Position numbers and translations under genes: made by a program. Of a stretch of DNA of 64,000 bases, positions 36,601 through 46,420 are shown piece by piece. The notes beneath the pieces are model-generated. The model searched no databases. It saw nothing but the letters and a program-made list of their open reading frames with translations, and was not told where the DNA came from. Source of the DNA: a virus; the IMG/VR virus record IMGVR_UViG_3300020118_000164, positions 29,368-93,367 of that record. One strand, given 5' to 3'. Every line of letters starts with the position of its first letter. The stretch's first letter is position 1.

Positions 36601-39600
36601 ATCGCCGCGATCATCGCCAAGGGCAAGGACAACCACGAGCTGATCGAGGCGACGCAGAAGTACGGCGCGAGCGTTGCCGCCGTGCTCCAGAAGTATGGCC
36701 TTCTAGACGACGCGTCGAAGGCCCTGCTGATCCATGAGCAGGCCATCGCCATCCAGAAGAAGGACGGCGGAATCCTTGCCGATATCGAGGCGGAGTTGAC
36801 CGCCTATCAGCAGCGGGCCGATGCCGCCGGATTAACCGCCTCCGCCGAGGAGCGGACACGCGCGGCCGCTCATGAATTGCGAGTTGATTTGGCCAGCGCC
36901 TTCGACACGCTCTCTACCTCCCTCGGTGGCTCCTCGACGCTTCTCGGCAAGCTCACGGCCGACATGGGCAAACTGGTGACGGCGATCGATACCGCCGCGA
37001 CCGCTTCTAGCAAGATGCAGAAGGCGCTCGGCGCCGCAGCGGCCATCAACATAGGCGCCACGCTCCTTACGGATCTCGGTGTCGGTGCCACGGCCAAGAC
37101 CGGCGGCGCGTCCGCCCTTGGCGGTAGATTGGAGGGCAATTACGCCGGTGTCGGCGGCATCGTGGGCACGATCATCGGCGGCATCATCGGGGCCATCATC
37201 GGTGCCTTCGCGGGCGGCGTAGGCGCGGGACCCGGCGCTGCGGCCGGCAGCTCCATCGGCGGCGCGATCGGTTCTATCCTGGGCTCGCTCATCTCCAAGG
37301 CTGGCGATTCCGCCTCTGCGTCGCTGACGGCATCCGGCAACATCATTGTCGGCGAGACATCGCGCCAGCTCAACGGCGCGGTCAAGGATGCGCTCACCAA
37401 CATCTTCAAGGGCCTCCAGACCGAGATGGCATCTCTCGGCCTCTTCTTGGAGGGCATCCCGCTCATCGATATCAAGGTGCGCGACAACATCATCCGAGTG
37501 GTTGTCGGAGAGGTTGTCCGCACGTTCAGCTCTATGCAGGATGCGATCTCGTTCGGGATCAGCGAAGCGGTCAAGCAAGCGGCCACGTCCGGCGGCCATC
37601 TCCCGCCCGAGGTGCTAGAGGCGCTCAAGAAGACGACGGCCACGGACATGACCGCGTTGCAATCGGACATCGATTTCGCGATGAAGATTGCGAACTACGG
37701 CGTGCCGCAGGTAGCTCAAGCCTTGTCGAAGGCCGTATCCGATTTCTTCGTCGAGATGCAGCGCGACGTGTCACTCGGTATCGACACGACCAAGTCGATT
37801 GCCCAGTTCGCTCTATCAATCCAACAAGAAAAGGACAAGATCCTCGGGATCAATCGGAACCTGAGCCCCGCGGATCAAATGAAGGCGGACGCCGCAGCGT
37901 TCAATCAGCGGGCGACGCTCATCAAGGCGCAGGAAGCATTGGACGTAGCGGATCTCAAGCTCAAGGAGGTAGACCTAGAGCAGAAAATCGCGATCCTCAA
38001 GGCCGAGCAACTCGCGACCAAGGGCCACATCGATCTCGCCAAGGCGCGGGTGCAGACCGATGTAGCCGTCGACGGTGCCTCGGTCAATTCCCTCGGAGCG
38101 CTTCAGGCCGCGCTTGATGCCACGCTTGCCAACATCGCAGCGGCGCAGGCCGTCATCGATAGCATCACCCTGATCTCTGACAAGGAGTTGGCGGATGCCC
38201 TGAAGCGCCTCGGCAAGGTCGGCAAGGGTACAGGCGGTGGCGCCGATCCCGCGCAAGAGGTCCGCGACGCCCTGGAGCAGGCGCGTATCGCACGGCTCGG
38301 AGAGGAAGGCAAGGCCCTTGCCGACCTGGCGACGAAGTATGCCGATCTCAACAAAAAGGCCGGCAAGCACGCGGACCTCCTGGCGCAACTCGCGGTCGCG
38401 CAGCAGCAGGAGATCAACGTCCTCACCCAGCAGGAGAAGATCAAGCTCGCGCCGTTCGCGGGGGATGCGTTCTCTGGCGGCCGTAGTGCATACGCCCAAA
38501 CTCTCGCCGATGAGGAGGCGCAGCAGAAGGATCTGCTCTCCGTCGCCGGGCAGCTCGCGCTCTCCGTGCGCGGTGTCACGGCGGCGTTCACCGAGATGCA
38601 TCGCATCCTGGGCTTGCAGGTCGCCTCAGATCTCGGCATCGAATCCGCCGCGCTTGTCCTCAAGTACCAGACCGAGGGACAGGCGGTCGATTTCCTGAAG
38701 ACGCACATGGACGAACTCGGCGTCAGCGCGGATCAGCTCGCCGGCTACATGAGTGAGCTGTCGGACGCCACCGAGCTTTCGATCTTCGGCAAGATTCAGG
38801 GCTACATCACGGATGAGCAGACCCTGGCCGCCTACAAGGAAGTCCAGTATGAGCTGGACATCGCGCGGGCGAAGGAAGAGCTGGCGCTGGCCTACACGGC
38901 TGGCACACTCACCCTGGAGGCATACAACCGGCTCGGAAAAATCATCTATAGCCTGCCGGACACGATGCCTGCCGCTGCGGCATCGGCAAGCAAGGCGGCG
39001 GCCACTCAGTCGAGTGCGGCGCAGACGCAACTTCAGGCCGCGCAGGCGAACCAGGCCGCAGCGGATAAGTTGACGCAGTGGCAGCAGAGTCTGCTCACCA
39101 ACCCCGAGACGTCGCCGCTCACGCCGCGCGCCCAGGTAGCGGAGTCGAAGCGCCAGCTAGAGGATCTCCTCGCCAAGGGCATCGGCGGCGATACGACAGC
39201 CCGCGACCAGTTCACCCAACAGGCGGACGCCTATCTCAAGCTCTTCAGCGATACCTTCGGCCGGACCGGGGCCTTCGCCGCCGAGGTGCTCTCAGTCTCG
39301 GCCGAAGCGGACCGTCTCAAGGCGACGCTCACCGGGAATCCGGCCCAGAACTTGGCGCTCTTCCCGACCAACGCTGGATACGCAGCCGGAGGGAGCGGGA
39401 GCGATTACAAGCCGCCCACCGTGTCCGGCTCCGGGATTGTGCCGCCACCCCCTCTGCACGTCGTGCGCGACACCGGCGACCAGCTCGACGCGGTCAAGGG
39501 CGCCCTCGGCAAGGACGGCGATATCTACAAGGTCATCCGCCAGGGCGGGATCGATGCGGCCACGAACGCGGCGACTACGATCGACCTGCACAAGAGAACC

Positions 39601-39729
39601 GTCCAGCACTTGAAGACAATCTCGGACACCCTCCAGGCAGTACAAAGCTCGCTGAACAGGAACCTTGAGCTGCTGCGTCCAACCGGCGGCGGCGGTCGCC
39701 TCAGACCGAATGAAAGGGTGGCGGCCTGA
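33619..39729 (+). CDS. Tape measure protein (TP901-like core), 2036 aa
   Basis: TKFGADQAADGL..L.KAG core, Ala-rich helical body, Gly-zipper hydrophobic segment. Confidence 0.93.
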   Translation: MSGDTVTRTVRVTIDSSSGKVAMSDMKSGGDAAAASMRSLSTATNTIQEQYRRLASTLDPVIAGHIKYENAQHTLAEALNRGIISQTQYNAQLAAAKSKFEDAGQAAGGFAEALSGKIKDALLELAAMAVGFLTVQQAVEQLKQSVEDFGKFQDSLLAIAANTGAAADQMRLLSDASKDIGANTKFGADQAADGLKVLTKAGFSVSDSIGQLPQVEHLAIIGTIGLADAADNLAKTLERFNLPASESQHVVDTLATVAAHSRVSISALVDTMKIAGPTAGAMGLQFNDVAATLGVMAKNDAALRQMGGAVVTALSALSIGSKKVTDDLGRLNLKLADVSPQTHSLSQIIITLARAGLDATTAFDIFGKQAGGAILSLTSHVPQLLAMQEAIKGGSGAGEHMAAIMESGVQGSLDRAAQAAKEVRLEIGEGMAPAIQVAADDWARFARESLAAGNALGTTLGSAVGTLSDVLLLLARNIDLVKSGLEIFLLLKAAEWVNGFAISVTALIAKLTAATVAEEAAAGSTVAIGGALVSVTAETESATSATQGFLAIGITPLAGGLLALAGVLLYANEQVKNWGATMQAETERMVKSVNDHARVMTDLKTKYDALTSATKIQAEAEKQMAAEGVTADSPRGKAILLEQQLAARRDLAFAIPDYTAKLTAAQEKEQSESKTIADLNTQLAKRKEYISSGRGLVESIYLRGDVGNIAAGGGDPGVKALDQQIAEHTNRLKEAQQETKRLAAETAGLGEALKSLPVPKPAAPNPIIPTTKVNTSEIDKANAAVRAYAEGLSDLNTKARTASDGQEKLLASLGGGIIAYETEQRAQQRQAAIDAETLALTKLQRAEIDKLTDAHAKLLQQHKYADAANVAAKIKTESAAFDEETAKLTGLVAKKVDDKQATADGLAILQENLQFSIASREAEAALADAKAQSTQASRDLSVQLEIEAAFRKQLPKTQEEKDAAAARIIGARTFLEFLKSTTAEEDRRLAAEKQIAAIIAKGKDNHELIEATQKYGASVAAVLQKYGLLDDASKALLIHEQAIAIQKKDGGILADIEAELTAYQQRADAAGLTASAEERTRAAAHELRVDLASAFDTLSTSLGGSSTLLGKLTADMGKLVTAIDTAATASSKMQKALGAAAAINIGATLLTDLGVGATAKTGGASALGGRLEGNYAGVGGIVGTIIGGIIGAIIGAFAGGVGAGPGAAAGSSIGGAIGSILGSLISKAGDSASASLTASGNIIVGETSRQLNGAVKDALTNIFKGLQTEMASLGLFLEGIPLIDIKVRDNIIRVVVGEVVRTFSSMQDAISFGISEAVKQAATSGGHLPPEVLEALKKTTATDMTALQSDIDFAMKIANYGVPQVAQALSKAVSDFFVEMQRDVSLGIDTTKSIAQFALSIQQEKDKILGINRNLSPADQMKADAAAFNQRATLIKAQEALDVADLKLKEVDLEQKIAILKAEQLATKGHIDLAKARVQTDVAVDGASVNSLGALQAALDATLANIAAAQAVIDSITLISDKELADALKRLGKVGKGTGGGADPAQEVRDALEQARIARLGEEGKALADLATKYADLNKKAGKHADLLAQLAVAQQQEINVLTQQEKIKLAPFAGDAFSGGRSAYAQTLADEEAQQKDLLSVAGQLALSVRGVTAAFTEMHRILGLQVASDLGIESAALVLKYQTEGQAVDFLKTHMDELGVSADQLAGYMSELSDATELSIFGKIQGYITDEQTLAAYKEVQYELDIARAKEELALAYTAGTLTLEAYNRLGKIIYSLPDTMPAAAASASKAAATQSSAAQTQLQAAQANQAAADKLTQWQQSLLTNPETSPLTPRAQVAESKRQLEDLLAKGIGGDTTARDQFTQQADAYLKLFSDTFGRTGAFAAEVLSVSAEADRLKATLTGNPAQNLALFPTNAGYAAGGSGSDYKPPTVSGSGIVPPPPLHVVRDTGDQLDAVKGALGKDGDIYKVIRQGGIDAATNAATTIDLHKRTVQHLKTISDTLQAVQSSLNRNLELLRPTGGGGRLRPNERVAA

Positions 39730-42089
39730 TGTACGGCGCGACCCCATACGGAGGACTGACCTACGGCGGCTCGCTCACGAGCGGCGCCATGGCCTCGCCG
39801 GTTACGGCGCTCATCGCGGGCAACCTCCACATTCTGTTCGAGCACCTCCTCTGGCTGCAACCGTACAATCCGGTTACCGGAATCCCGATCGATCTGTTCG
39901 TTTCAGGCGGATGGTTCAAAACCGCAGGCGGAGATACCTTCCCGACCGGAGAAGCCGCAGCGCATCAGCTCTTCATCGGCCATCTAGTCCAGCCGCCGAA
40001 CCGCGAGTCGCGAATCCTGTCCAACGGGGAGGTCAACACTGGCGCCTCGACCTACGGCAACTGCGTGATTGCGGACTCACGGCGCGAGCTGACGCAATGG
40101 CTAAGCTTCGGGTGGAAGAACGCGACGGCCCGCCACTTCATGGGCGATCCATCATGGCCCCTGAGCAGCTTTGCGGAAGTGTTCCACGGAGTCTCAACGG
40201 CGCTCGACCCCGAGGTAGACCAGATGTCGATAGGCTTGCAGGATGTCGTCGCCAAGCTGCAATCTCGGGACTATCAGACCAAGCGCTACGCGGGCCGTGG
40301 GGCATGCGTGCGCTTGGACGGAGCGGCATCCTATCTCTACACCGGCGCGACCTCCTGCCCGATCGGCGGCATGACCATCGGCATCCGGTTCCGGCCCACA
40401 GCAGCCATCGCGACGGATGAGCATATCGTCGGCTGGCACAACTCCACCGGCGCCGGAGAGCGGCGACTCCATACCGGACCGGGAAACTCCGTCACATGGT
40501 CGGTGCGGGACGATTCGAGCAACGGATACTCGGTCACCGCGGCCGGCGTGCTCGGCCCCTACAACTGGATTGACCTGTGGGGAGTGCTCGATACCGCGGC
40601 AATGCGGATCAGCCTCTATGACGGCTCCTCCCCGGACACGCCGATCGCTCAAGCATCAATCGCCGGCACCTACGTCTCCTCGGTCCTGACCTCGTTCGCG
40701 GTTGGGCGCCTGCCGGACTTCGCGACAAACTTCCTTCTGGGCGACGTGGACGAGATTACGGTCTGGTCGCGCGCTCTAAGCACGGTAGAGATCGCGCAAT
40801 GGACCGGCCAGCGCGCACCCTCCGGCACTACGGGGCTCGTCTATCAGTGGTCACTGACGGAAGCTACCGGGACGATCGCCTATGAGTCGGCCGGCGCGGG
40901 GCCGGATCTAACACTCGCATCCTGCGCATGGGTGGACAGCCTGACCGGCGGCGTCGAGCTCCAAGGGAAGTGCATCCCGAAGGGCCGCGGGATCGTGCGG
41001 GAAATCAACCCCGTCCTGCTCTCCGCGATCGACCGTATCTATCAGGTCGCGGAGGAGTTTGACCATCTCGCGACCGACGTTTCCGGGCCACTTCTGAAGG
41101 ATCGTGGCATCCGGGTCTGGACCCTCAAGGGCACCTATCCCGATCCCTGGGCGGCGACGCCCGCAACGGGCGAGTACATGGAGATCCCGGCGATGGGCCT
41201 CATCCGGCTCGGCTCATCGCCGGTCGGGCAGTTGACGTGCGACCCCTACCTAACCGCCGCAACCGACCTGCCGGGCTGCGTAGCGGGTATCACGACCGGG
41301 GACGGTGTGCTGACATCGGGCGAGTTCGACGCGGCGAGCGCTGCGGCCTTGCCTGCCACGGACGGCGTAGGCGTGCTCTCCGGACTCGACCCGACGAGCG
41401 TCGATGCCGTTCTGCTGAAGTACCTAGCCAGCGTCAAGGGCTGGCGCGGGTCGAATCCCGTGGGCGCCCTCGCCTTCGGGGTGATCGCACCGCCAGAGAC
41501 CCTCACTCCCTCAGCGCAGGCCGGACCGGATGACTTCGCGCTCGACGGGATCAAGCCCGTGTTCACGCTCCCGGCGGCCCGTGCGGCCCTGGTGCGCTAC
41601 CGGCCTTACTACCAGACGCAGCAGCCCACGGCGCTTGATCCCTTGCTCACGGAGGCCGAGAAGCAGGACTTGGGGCAGCAGTTCCGCTCCGTCTCCACCC
41701 CCGAGGATCTCGCCGTGCTCGGGGCGGACTCCGCGGCCGAGCTGGCGGTGCGGGATACGGTGCTCGACTCTGCGGCCGATGCCCAGACGCAGGCCACCCT
41801 GGAGGCGGCCTGGCGCTCCAAGCCGCGACGGACGGACTACCTGCCATACTCTGAGCCGGTGCCACGGTTCTACGTCGGGCAGGTGCTGACGATCACGATG
41901 CCCGTGCTGGACTACGATGACGGCAAGAACGTCATCGTGACCGCGGTTCTAGCCGACGACGGCACGGGCGCGCACGGGTGTGAGGTGACGGGCGAGTTGA
42001 AGTTTGTCGGCGGCGATCTGATGCTAACGGGTGATGGCACCGGGCACGCCCTACTGGGCGACGGTACCGGGTCCGGGCTCGTAGAATAG
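39729..42089 (+). CDS. Tail tip/hub protein with LamG-like domain
   Basis: GDVDEITVWSRALS..EI LamG motif; GK.IP...G.V..INPV. Confidence 0.75.
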   Translation: MYGATPYGGLTYGGSLTSGAMASPVTALIAGNLHILFEHLLWLQPYNPVTGIPIDLFVSGGWFKTAGGDTFPTGEAAAHQLFIGHLVQPPNRESRILSNGEVNTGASTYGNCVIADSRRELTQWLSFGWKNATARHFMGDPSWPLSSFAEVFHGVSTALDPEVDQMSIGLQDVVAKLQSRDYQTKRYAGRGACVRLDGAASYLYTGATSCPIGGMTIGIRFRPTAAIATDEHIVGWHNSTGAGERRLHTGPGNSVTWSVRDDSSNGYSVTAAGVLGPYNWIDLWGVLDTAAMRISLYDGSSPDTPIAQASIAGTYVSSVLTSFAVGRLPDFATNFLLGDVDEITVWSRALSTVEIAQWTGQRAPSGTTGLVYQWSLTEATGTIAYESAGAGPDLTLASCAWVDSLTGGVELQGKCIPKGRGIVREINPVLLSAIDRIYQVAEEFDHLATDVSGPLLKDRGIRVWTLKGTYPDPWAATPATGEYMEIPAMGLIRLGSSPVGQLTCDPYLTAATDLPGCVAGITTGDGVLTSGEFDAASAAALPATDGVGVLSGLDPTSVDAVLLKYLASVKGWRGSNPVGALAFGVIAPPETLTPSAQAGPDDFALDGIKPVFTLPAARAALVRYRPYYQTQQPTALDPLLTEAEKQDLGQQFRSVSTPEDLAVLGADSAAELAVRDTVLDSAADAQTQATLEAAWRSKPRRTDYLPYSEPVPRFYVGQVLTITMPVLDYDDGKNVIVTAVLADDGTGAHGCEVTGELKFVGGDLMLTGDGTGHALLGDGTGSGLVE

Positions 42090-42099
42090 AGGAGACTGA

Positions 42100-44412
42100 A
42101 TGCGCATCGTTCGAACTCTTGGAACGGCCACGGCGCTGGCGCTCACCTTGGCGTCAGCGGCCGCCGCCCAGCCATCTGACGTATGGAGCCTCAACCACAA
42201 TAGCTCGCCCGCGTCTACCGTACGCTTCTGGACGCAATCAGGAGCCGGCGTCCGAGCGCAGTACGTCACGCTTGCGGATATCCTCCTGGGCACCGTTGTC
42301 AGCACGGATGACCGGCTGAACCTCAAGGTCGTGGTCGGCGACCCGCTCACCGGAGCGACGAGCCTAGGGGGCGCCGATGACACCGCGACCATCCAGGCAG
42401 CCCTAAATTATGCCGCCGGCCTTGCCCGGCAGACCGAGGTCGTAATGCCGGGTGGCACCTATAAGGCTTGCGGCGTCAAGATGCGCTCGCGCGTGGACTT
42501 CGGCGGGCAGGGTCGCGCAACCAAGATACAATCCACCGCGGGATGCACGACGGGCGTAATCATCTTGAATACAAGCTCTACCGAGCGCTTCCGGTTACAC
42601 GATCTATGGGTGGACTGCAACGGGGCGAGCACCTCTGGTTTCGTTATCAATAACGACGGCGGAACGTTTACGGGAGCCGACCCTGAGATTACGCTAGAAG
42701 ACCTAGATGCCACCAACTGCGCCCTCGACGGATTCTCATTGACCTCGCGCGGACTCCAGGGCCATCGGCTGCGCTCGCGCGCGAACACGCGGGACGGATT
42801 CGCCCTACTGGCGGGATCTACCGTCAGCATGTCGGATGGGGTGTTTACCAACCTGTCGGCGGACGCCTCTGGACGGGATGGATTGCATATCGAGTCTGTA
42901 GAGAACTCGGTTACAGGAATGAAGATTGGCGAGTCTGGGCGCTACGGCCTGTACCTCACGAGCGGTGGCAACTGGAACACGCTTTCGACGATCGCGATCG
43001 ACAACACCGGATACCCGAGCTTCGCGAGCGGAACGCCGGTACGGATCGAGACGATCGACAATCAAGTGGACGGGATTTTGATCTCCCGCGGCGTCGGTGC
43101 CGCGATCGTCCTCACCTCCACCTCGGCCCGGAACAGCGTTCGGGCGACCGTGCTCCCGGTCGCTGGCGGCGGGACGCTCACTTATGGCGCACTCCTAACG
43201 AGCGGCAGCACAGGCAATGACGTGCGCCTGACCGCCAACCTGAGCGGTACGCCGGCCATGACGGGCCTCTTCGATCCGGCGTCGGACCTCACCGCGAACT
43301 TCGCGACCGGCAACGGCGCCGACGTGAACATGACCTCCATTACGAGGAACACGACTGGCTCCGCCGCGAAGTGGACGACGGCCCGCACGCTGGCCGGGAA
43401 TTCCGTAGACGGTTCAGCGAACGTCGCATTCTCGAACAAGCTCATCGTTCAGGGCACGAGTGATGCCGGTCTTTCGGCGGCGCAGTTCCTGGGCTCGCTC
43501 GCGACGGGGATCGTCAAGAACACCACTACAACCGGCGTGCTGTCGATCGCCGTCGCCGGAGACTTCCCCTCTACGCTGAGAGGGTGGACCTACACAAGCC
43601 CCAACGTCTCGCTCGCGACGGGCACCGACAAGGTGGGCATCGGTACGGCCTCTCCTGACGTGTCGCTTGCGGTATGGCTCAACTCTGCCACTCCGCCAGC
43701 GGGGCCGTCCGGGACGATTACCCACCTCGGCAGCGCAGACGGCGCGAATACGATTGCCCTCCTCGACGCGGGCGGCGCGGCTCAGGGAGCGCTCTACTTC
43801 CGCCGCGCCGATACCTCGATAGCGAGCCCGTCAGCTATCCAGGCTGGCGACGCCATTGGGCTAATCGGCGCTCTGGGATATGGCGCGACGGCCTATTCAG
43901 CGGCCTCGCGTGCCGCGATTCAATTCGTGGCGGATCAGACCTGGACCGATTCCGCCCAGGGAACTAACGCCCAGATCCAGACCACTCTGGACGGCACGAT
44001 GACGAAATCAACGAAGCTGACGATCAGCACGAGCGGCCACCTGCTCACCACGGGGGCGGCGCCATCGGTCGCATGTACGGGAACCGGAACATCCCCAACC
44101 GCGCCATCCATCGCGAGCGGCGGCACTGATGCCAACTTTACGATCATCATGCCGACCGGCACCGGCGCGCCGGGATCTACGGGGACATGCACGGTGACGT
44201 TCTCGACCGCCTACCTGACGAACAAGCCGCAGGTGATCTGCACGCTCCAGGACGGCGCCAGCGCCTGGGGCAATGAGGCGGTTCTGCGGGTGAGCACGTC
44301 GTCGCTCAGCGCGCCAGTGATCGCGTGGACAAACGAGGCGAGCGGTGCTCTTACCGGACTCACGGTCTCGACCTCCTACCAGATCGCGTGCATCACAATG
44401 GGCAACATCTAG
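42100..44412 (+). CDS. Tailspike/fibre with beta-helix (pectate-lyase-like) domain and N-terminal signal peptide
   Basis: DDTATIQAALN..V.MPGGTY; repeated DG(F/L) beta-helix rungs; KVGIGTASP; MRIVRTLGTATALALTLASAAAA signal. Confidence 0.8.
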   Translation: MRIVRTLGTATALALTLASAAAAQPSDVWSLNHNSSPASTVRFWTQSGAGVRAQYVTLADILLGTVVSTDDRLNLKVVVGDPLTGATSLGGADDTATIQAALNYAAGLARQTEVVMPGGTYKACGVKMRSRVDFGGQGRATKIQSTAGCTTGVIILNTSSTERFRLHDLWVDCNGASTSGFVINNDGGTFTGADPEITLEDLDATNCALDGFSLTSRGLQGHRLRSRANTRDGFALLAGSTVSMSDGVFTNLSADASGRDGLHIESVENSVTGMKIGESGRYGLYLTSGGNWNTLSTIAIDNTGYPSFASGTPVRIETIDNQVDGILISRGVGAAIVLTSTSARNSVRATVLPVAGGGTLTYGALLTSGSTGNDVRLTANLSGTPAMTGLFDPASDLTANFATGNGADVNMTSITRNTTGSAAKWTTARTLAGNSVDGSANVAFSNKLIVQGTSDAGLSAAQFLGSLATGIVKNTTTTGVLSIAVAGDFPSTLRGWTYTSPNVSLATGTDKVGIGTASPDVSLAVWLNSATPPAGPSGTITHLGSADGANTIALLDAGGAAQGALYFRRADTSIASPSAIQAGDAIGLIGALGYGATAYSAASRAAIQFVADQTWTDSAQGTNAQIQTTLDGTMTKSTKLTISTSGHLLTTGAAPSVACTGTGTSPTAPSIASGGTDANFTIIMPTGTGAPGSTGTCTVTFSTAYLTNKPQVICTLQDGASAWGNEAVLRVSTSSLSAPVIAWTNEASGALTGLTVSTSYQIACITMGNI

Positions 44413-44431
44413 GGCAGGTAGAATAGGGCTC

Positions 44432-45286
44432 ATGGCCGATCAGTCCCTCATCGCGAACCTAGAGCTAGCCAAGCTCGCCTCCGTCACGACGCCGGGGCCT
44501 ACGCCGTCCTCCATGCCGGTCACGAACCTCCTACATCACCAGCCGGGGAAGAACTGTAGGTTCCTCGACCTGACGCAGGCGGAAGCGACCCTTGACCTGA
44601 CACTCGCGCTGGCGGCGGTAGCCGACACTGGCATCTCCTCCTACCGCTACATCATCATCATCGCCAGCACAATCACCAGGACCGGCACGGTCGAGGTGTT
44701 CACCGGCCCGACGCAGGTCTCCGTGGCGAGTGCCGGCACGGCCTCTCTCCATGTCCCGGCGCAACTCTTCTGGCTCACCGTCGAGAACAACGGGAACCGA
44801 TTCCCGAAGCGGCACACCTACATAGACCTGGGGAGCCAGCGGACCGAGCCGTTCGTGCGCGTTGTGTTCTCGGACCCGACCAACCCGGATGGCTTCCTGG
44901 ACGTCGGCGTCATCTTCCCGTCGCCCGGCTACGTCCCTACCTCCGGCATCCGGCAGCAGCCGAACTTCGGCGCCGACGAGGAGCTACGGGAGACCATCAG
45001 CGTCGCCGGCGCCAGGCACACGCAGCCGCGCCCGATCAACCGGATACGTGACATCATCATCCAAGCCAACGGACCGACTGCCGCCGCCGAGATCCAGGAT
45101 CAGTGGGTGGCGCTGCAAGAGACCGTGGGCGTCCATGATCCATTCGCCGCGATCACGCGGCTCGGCGCCACTTCACGGTACATGGATCATTTCGTCTACG
45201 GCACCCTGACCGGGTTGGTCGCGGTCCCGCTCGCGGAGATCTGGGGGGAGAGCTCGATTACGCTCACCTATAAGGAGCTGAAGTAA
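44432..45286 (+). CDS. Minor tail protein (Dit-like)
   Basis: RVVFSDPTNPDGFLDVG motif; position. Confidence 0.6.
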   Translation: MADQSLIANLELAKLASVTTPGPTPSSMPVTNLLHHQPGKNCRFLDLTQAEATLDLTLALAAVADTGISSYRYIIIIASTITRTGTVEVFTGPTQVSVASAGTASLHVPAQLFWLTVENNGNRFPKRHTYIDLGSQRTEPFVRVVFSDPTNPDGFLDVGVIFPSPGYVPTSGIRQQPNFGADEELRETISVAGARHTQPRPINRIRDIIIQANGPTAAAEIQDQWVALQETVGVHDPFAAITRLGATSRYMDHFVYGTLTGLVAVPLAEIWGESSITLTYKELK

Positions 45287-45490
45287 GATGGCCCTCCGGC
45301 GCCCGCCCCAATCGGAGGTGCGGCAGGCGGTGGCGATGCTCGACCTGGCGACGATGCTCTCAGGCTTGGCTGCAACTGATGCTCCCCGTTTCGGGCGCTG
45401 GTGGTTTCAGTGGAAGTGGTTCACGGAGCGGGCTGAGATCACGGTTCGCTATCAAGGCGACGTAGATCTCTGGGCTAGCGAGGCGCCGGC

Positions 45491-46420
45491 ATGACCGACA
45501 TTACATCCCCAATCGGCGTGGGCGGCGTCACGACCACGACCGGCACATCCGCCTTCGTCATCTCCGGCCCGCTCGCCGCGCCGGGCGGCGGTAGCTATCG
45601 GCTTTGGTCAACCGTGCCCAACGGTGCACGAGTCCTCTGCCTCCGGTCAGATCTGAACTCTGGCGGCGGGAACTTTGAGCTGAGCGTCGTGGACGTGTCG
45701 AATGTTGGAGGGGTCGTCACGCTCTCGCCGAATCCCAGAGTTTCCACGTCCGCGGGCGGAACAACCCCTGTCTCCTGGGCGGGCGGATCTCAGGATGTGA
45801 CGGTACAGCCAGGCAGCATCCACGCCGCCAACGCGGGCTCTGAATTCGCTCCCTATGCCGCCGCCTTCCGCGCGAGCATCGGCCTCGCGATCGGAAGCTC
45901 CGTGGGGCAGTTGGTGGCGTGGGTGACGGGACCGAAGTACCCAGCAGGGGACGGGTCGCTCCTGACGAATCTGCCGGCCGGCACACCCTCCGTGCCGTCA
46001 GGCGCTCGGTTCCTCGGGTACGCAGCAAGCCCCCCTTCCGGGTGGACTCTGGTGACCGGCCTGAACGACATGGTGATCTATGTCACCGACGGATCTGGCG
46101 GAAACCCGGCCCCCGGCTCGACGGGCGGCATTCCTGGCGCCGGCGCGAGCGCATGGGATAACTCATGGGGGATCACGTCGGCCGCCCACGCGCTGACGAT
46201 CCCGGAGATGCCTAGCCACACGCACGATGTCAGCAGCGCTAGCGCCACACTCGGATCTGGCGCGATCGGCGTGTCTTTGCCGTCTGCGGGTCCCGGAGGT
46301 ACGCTTCTGCCAGGATCAGCGAACGCTACAGGCGGCGGCGCTTCTCACTCTCACGCGATATCCTCCGCGAAGACCTGGAGGCCGCCCGGCATCTACGCCG
46401 CGGTATGGCAGAAGACGTGA
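45491..46420 (+). CDS. Tail fibre protein with collar-like C-terminus
   Basis: TTTTGT N-terminus; PSG...SPPSGWT; HALTIPEMPSHTH; HSH. Confidence 0.75.
   Translation: MTDITSPIGVGGVTTTTGTSAFVISGPLAAPGGGSYRLWSTVPNGARVLCLRSDLNSGGGNFELSVVDVSNVGGVVTLSPNPRVSTSAGGTTPVSWAGGSQDVTVQPGSIHAANAGSEFAPYAAAFRASIGLAIGSSVGQLVAWVTGPKYPAGDGSLLTNLPAGTPSVPSGARFLGYAASPPSGWTLVTGLNDMVIYVTDGSGGNPAPGSTGGIPGAGASAWDNSWGITSAAHALTIPEMPSHTHDVSSASATLGSGAIGVSLPSAGPGGTLLPGSANATGGGASHSHAISSAKTWRPPGIYAAVWQKT

Noticed and set aside
11498-43570. Diversity-generating retroelement TR/VR pair between the two fibre genes
   Set aside because: Differences are mostly synonymous and not adenine-specific, both copies are mid-gene, and there is no reverse transcriptase
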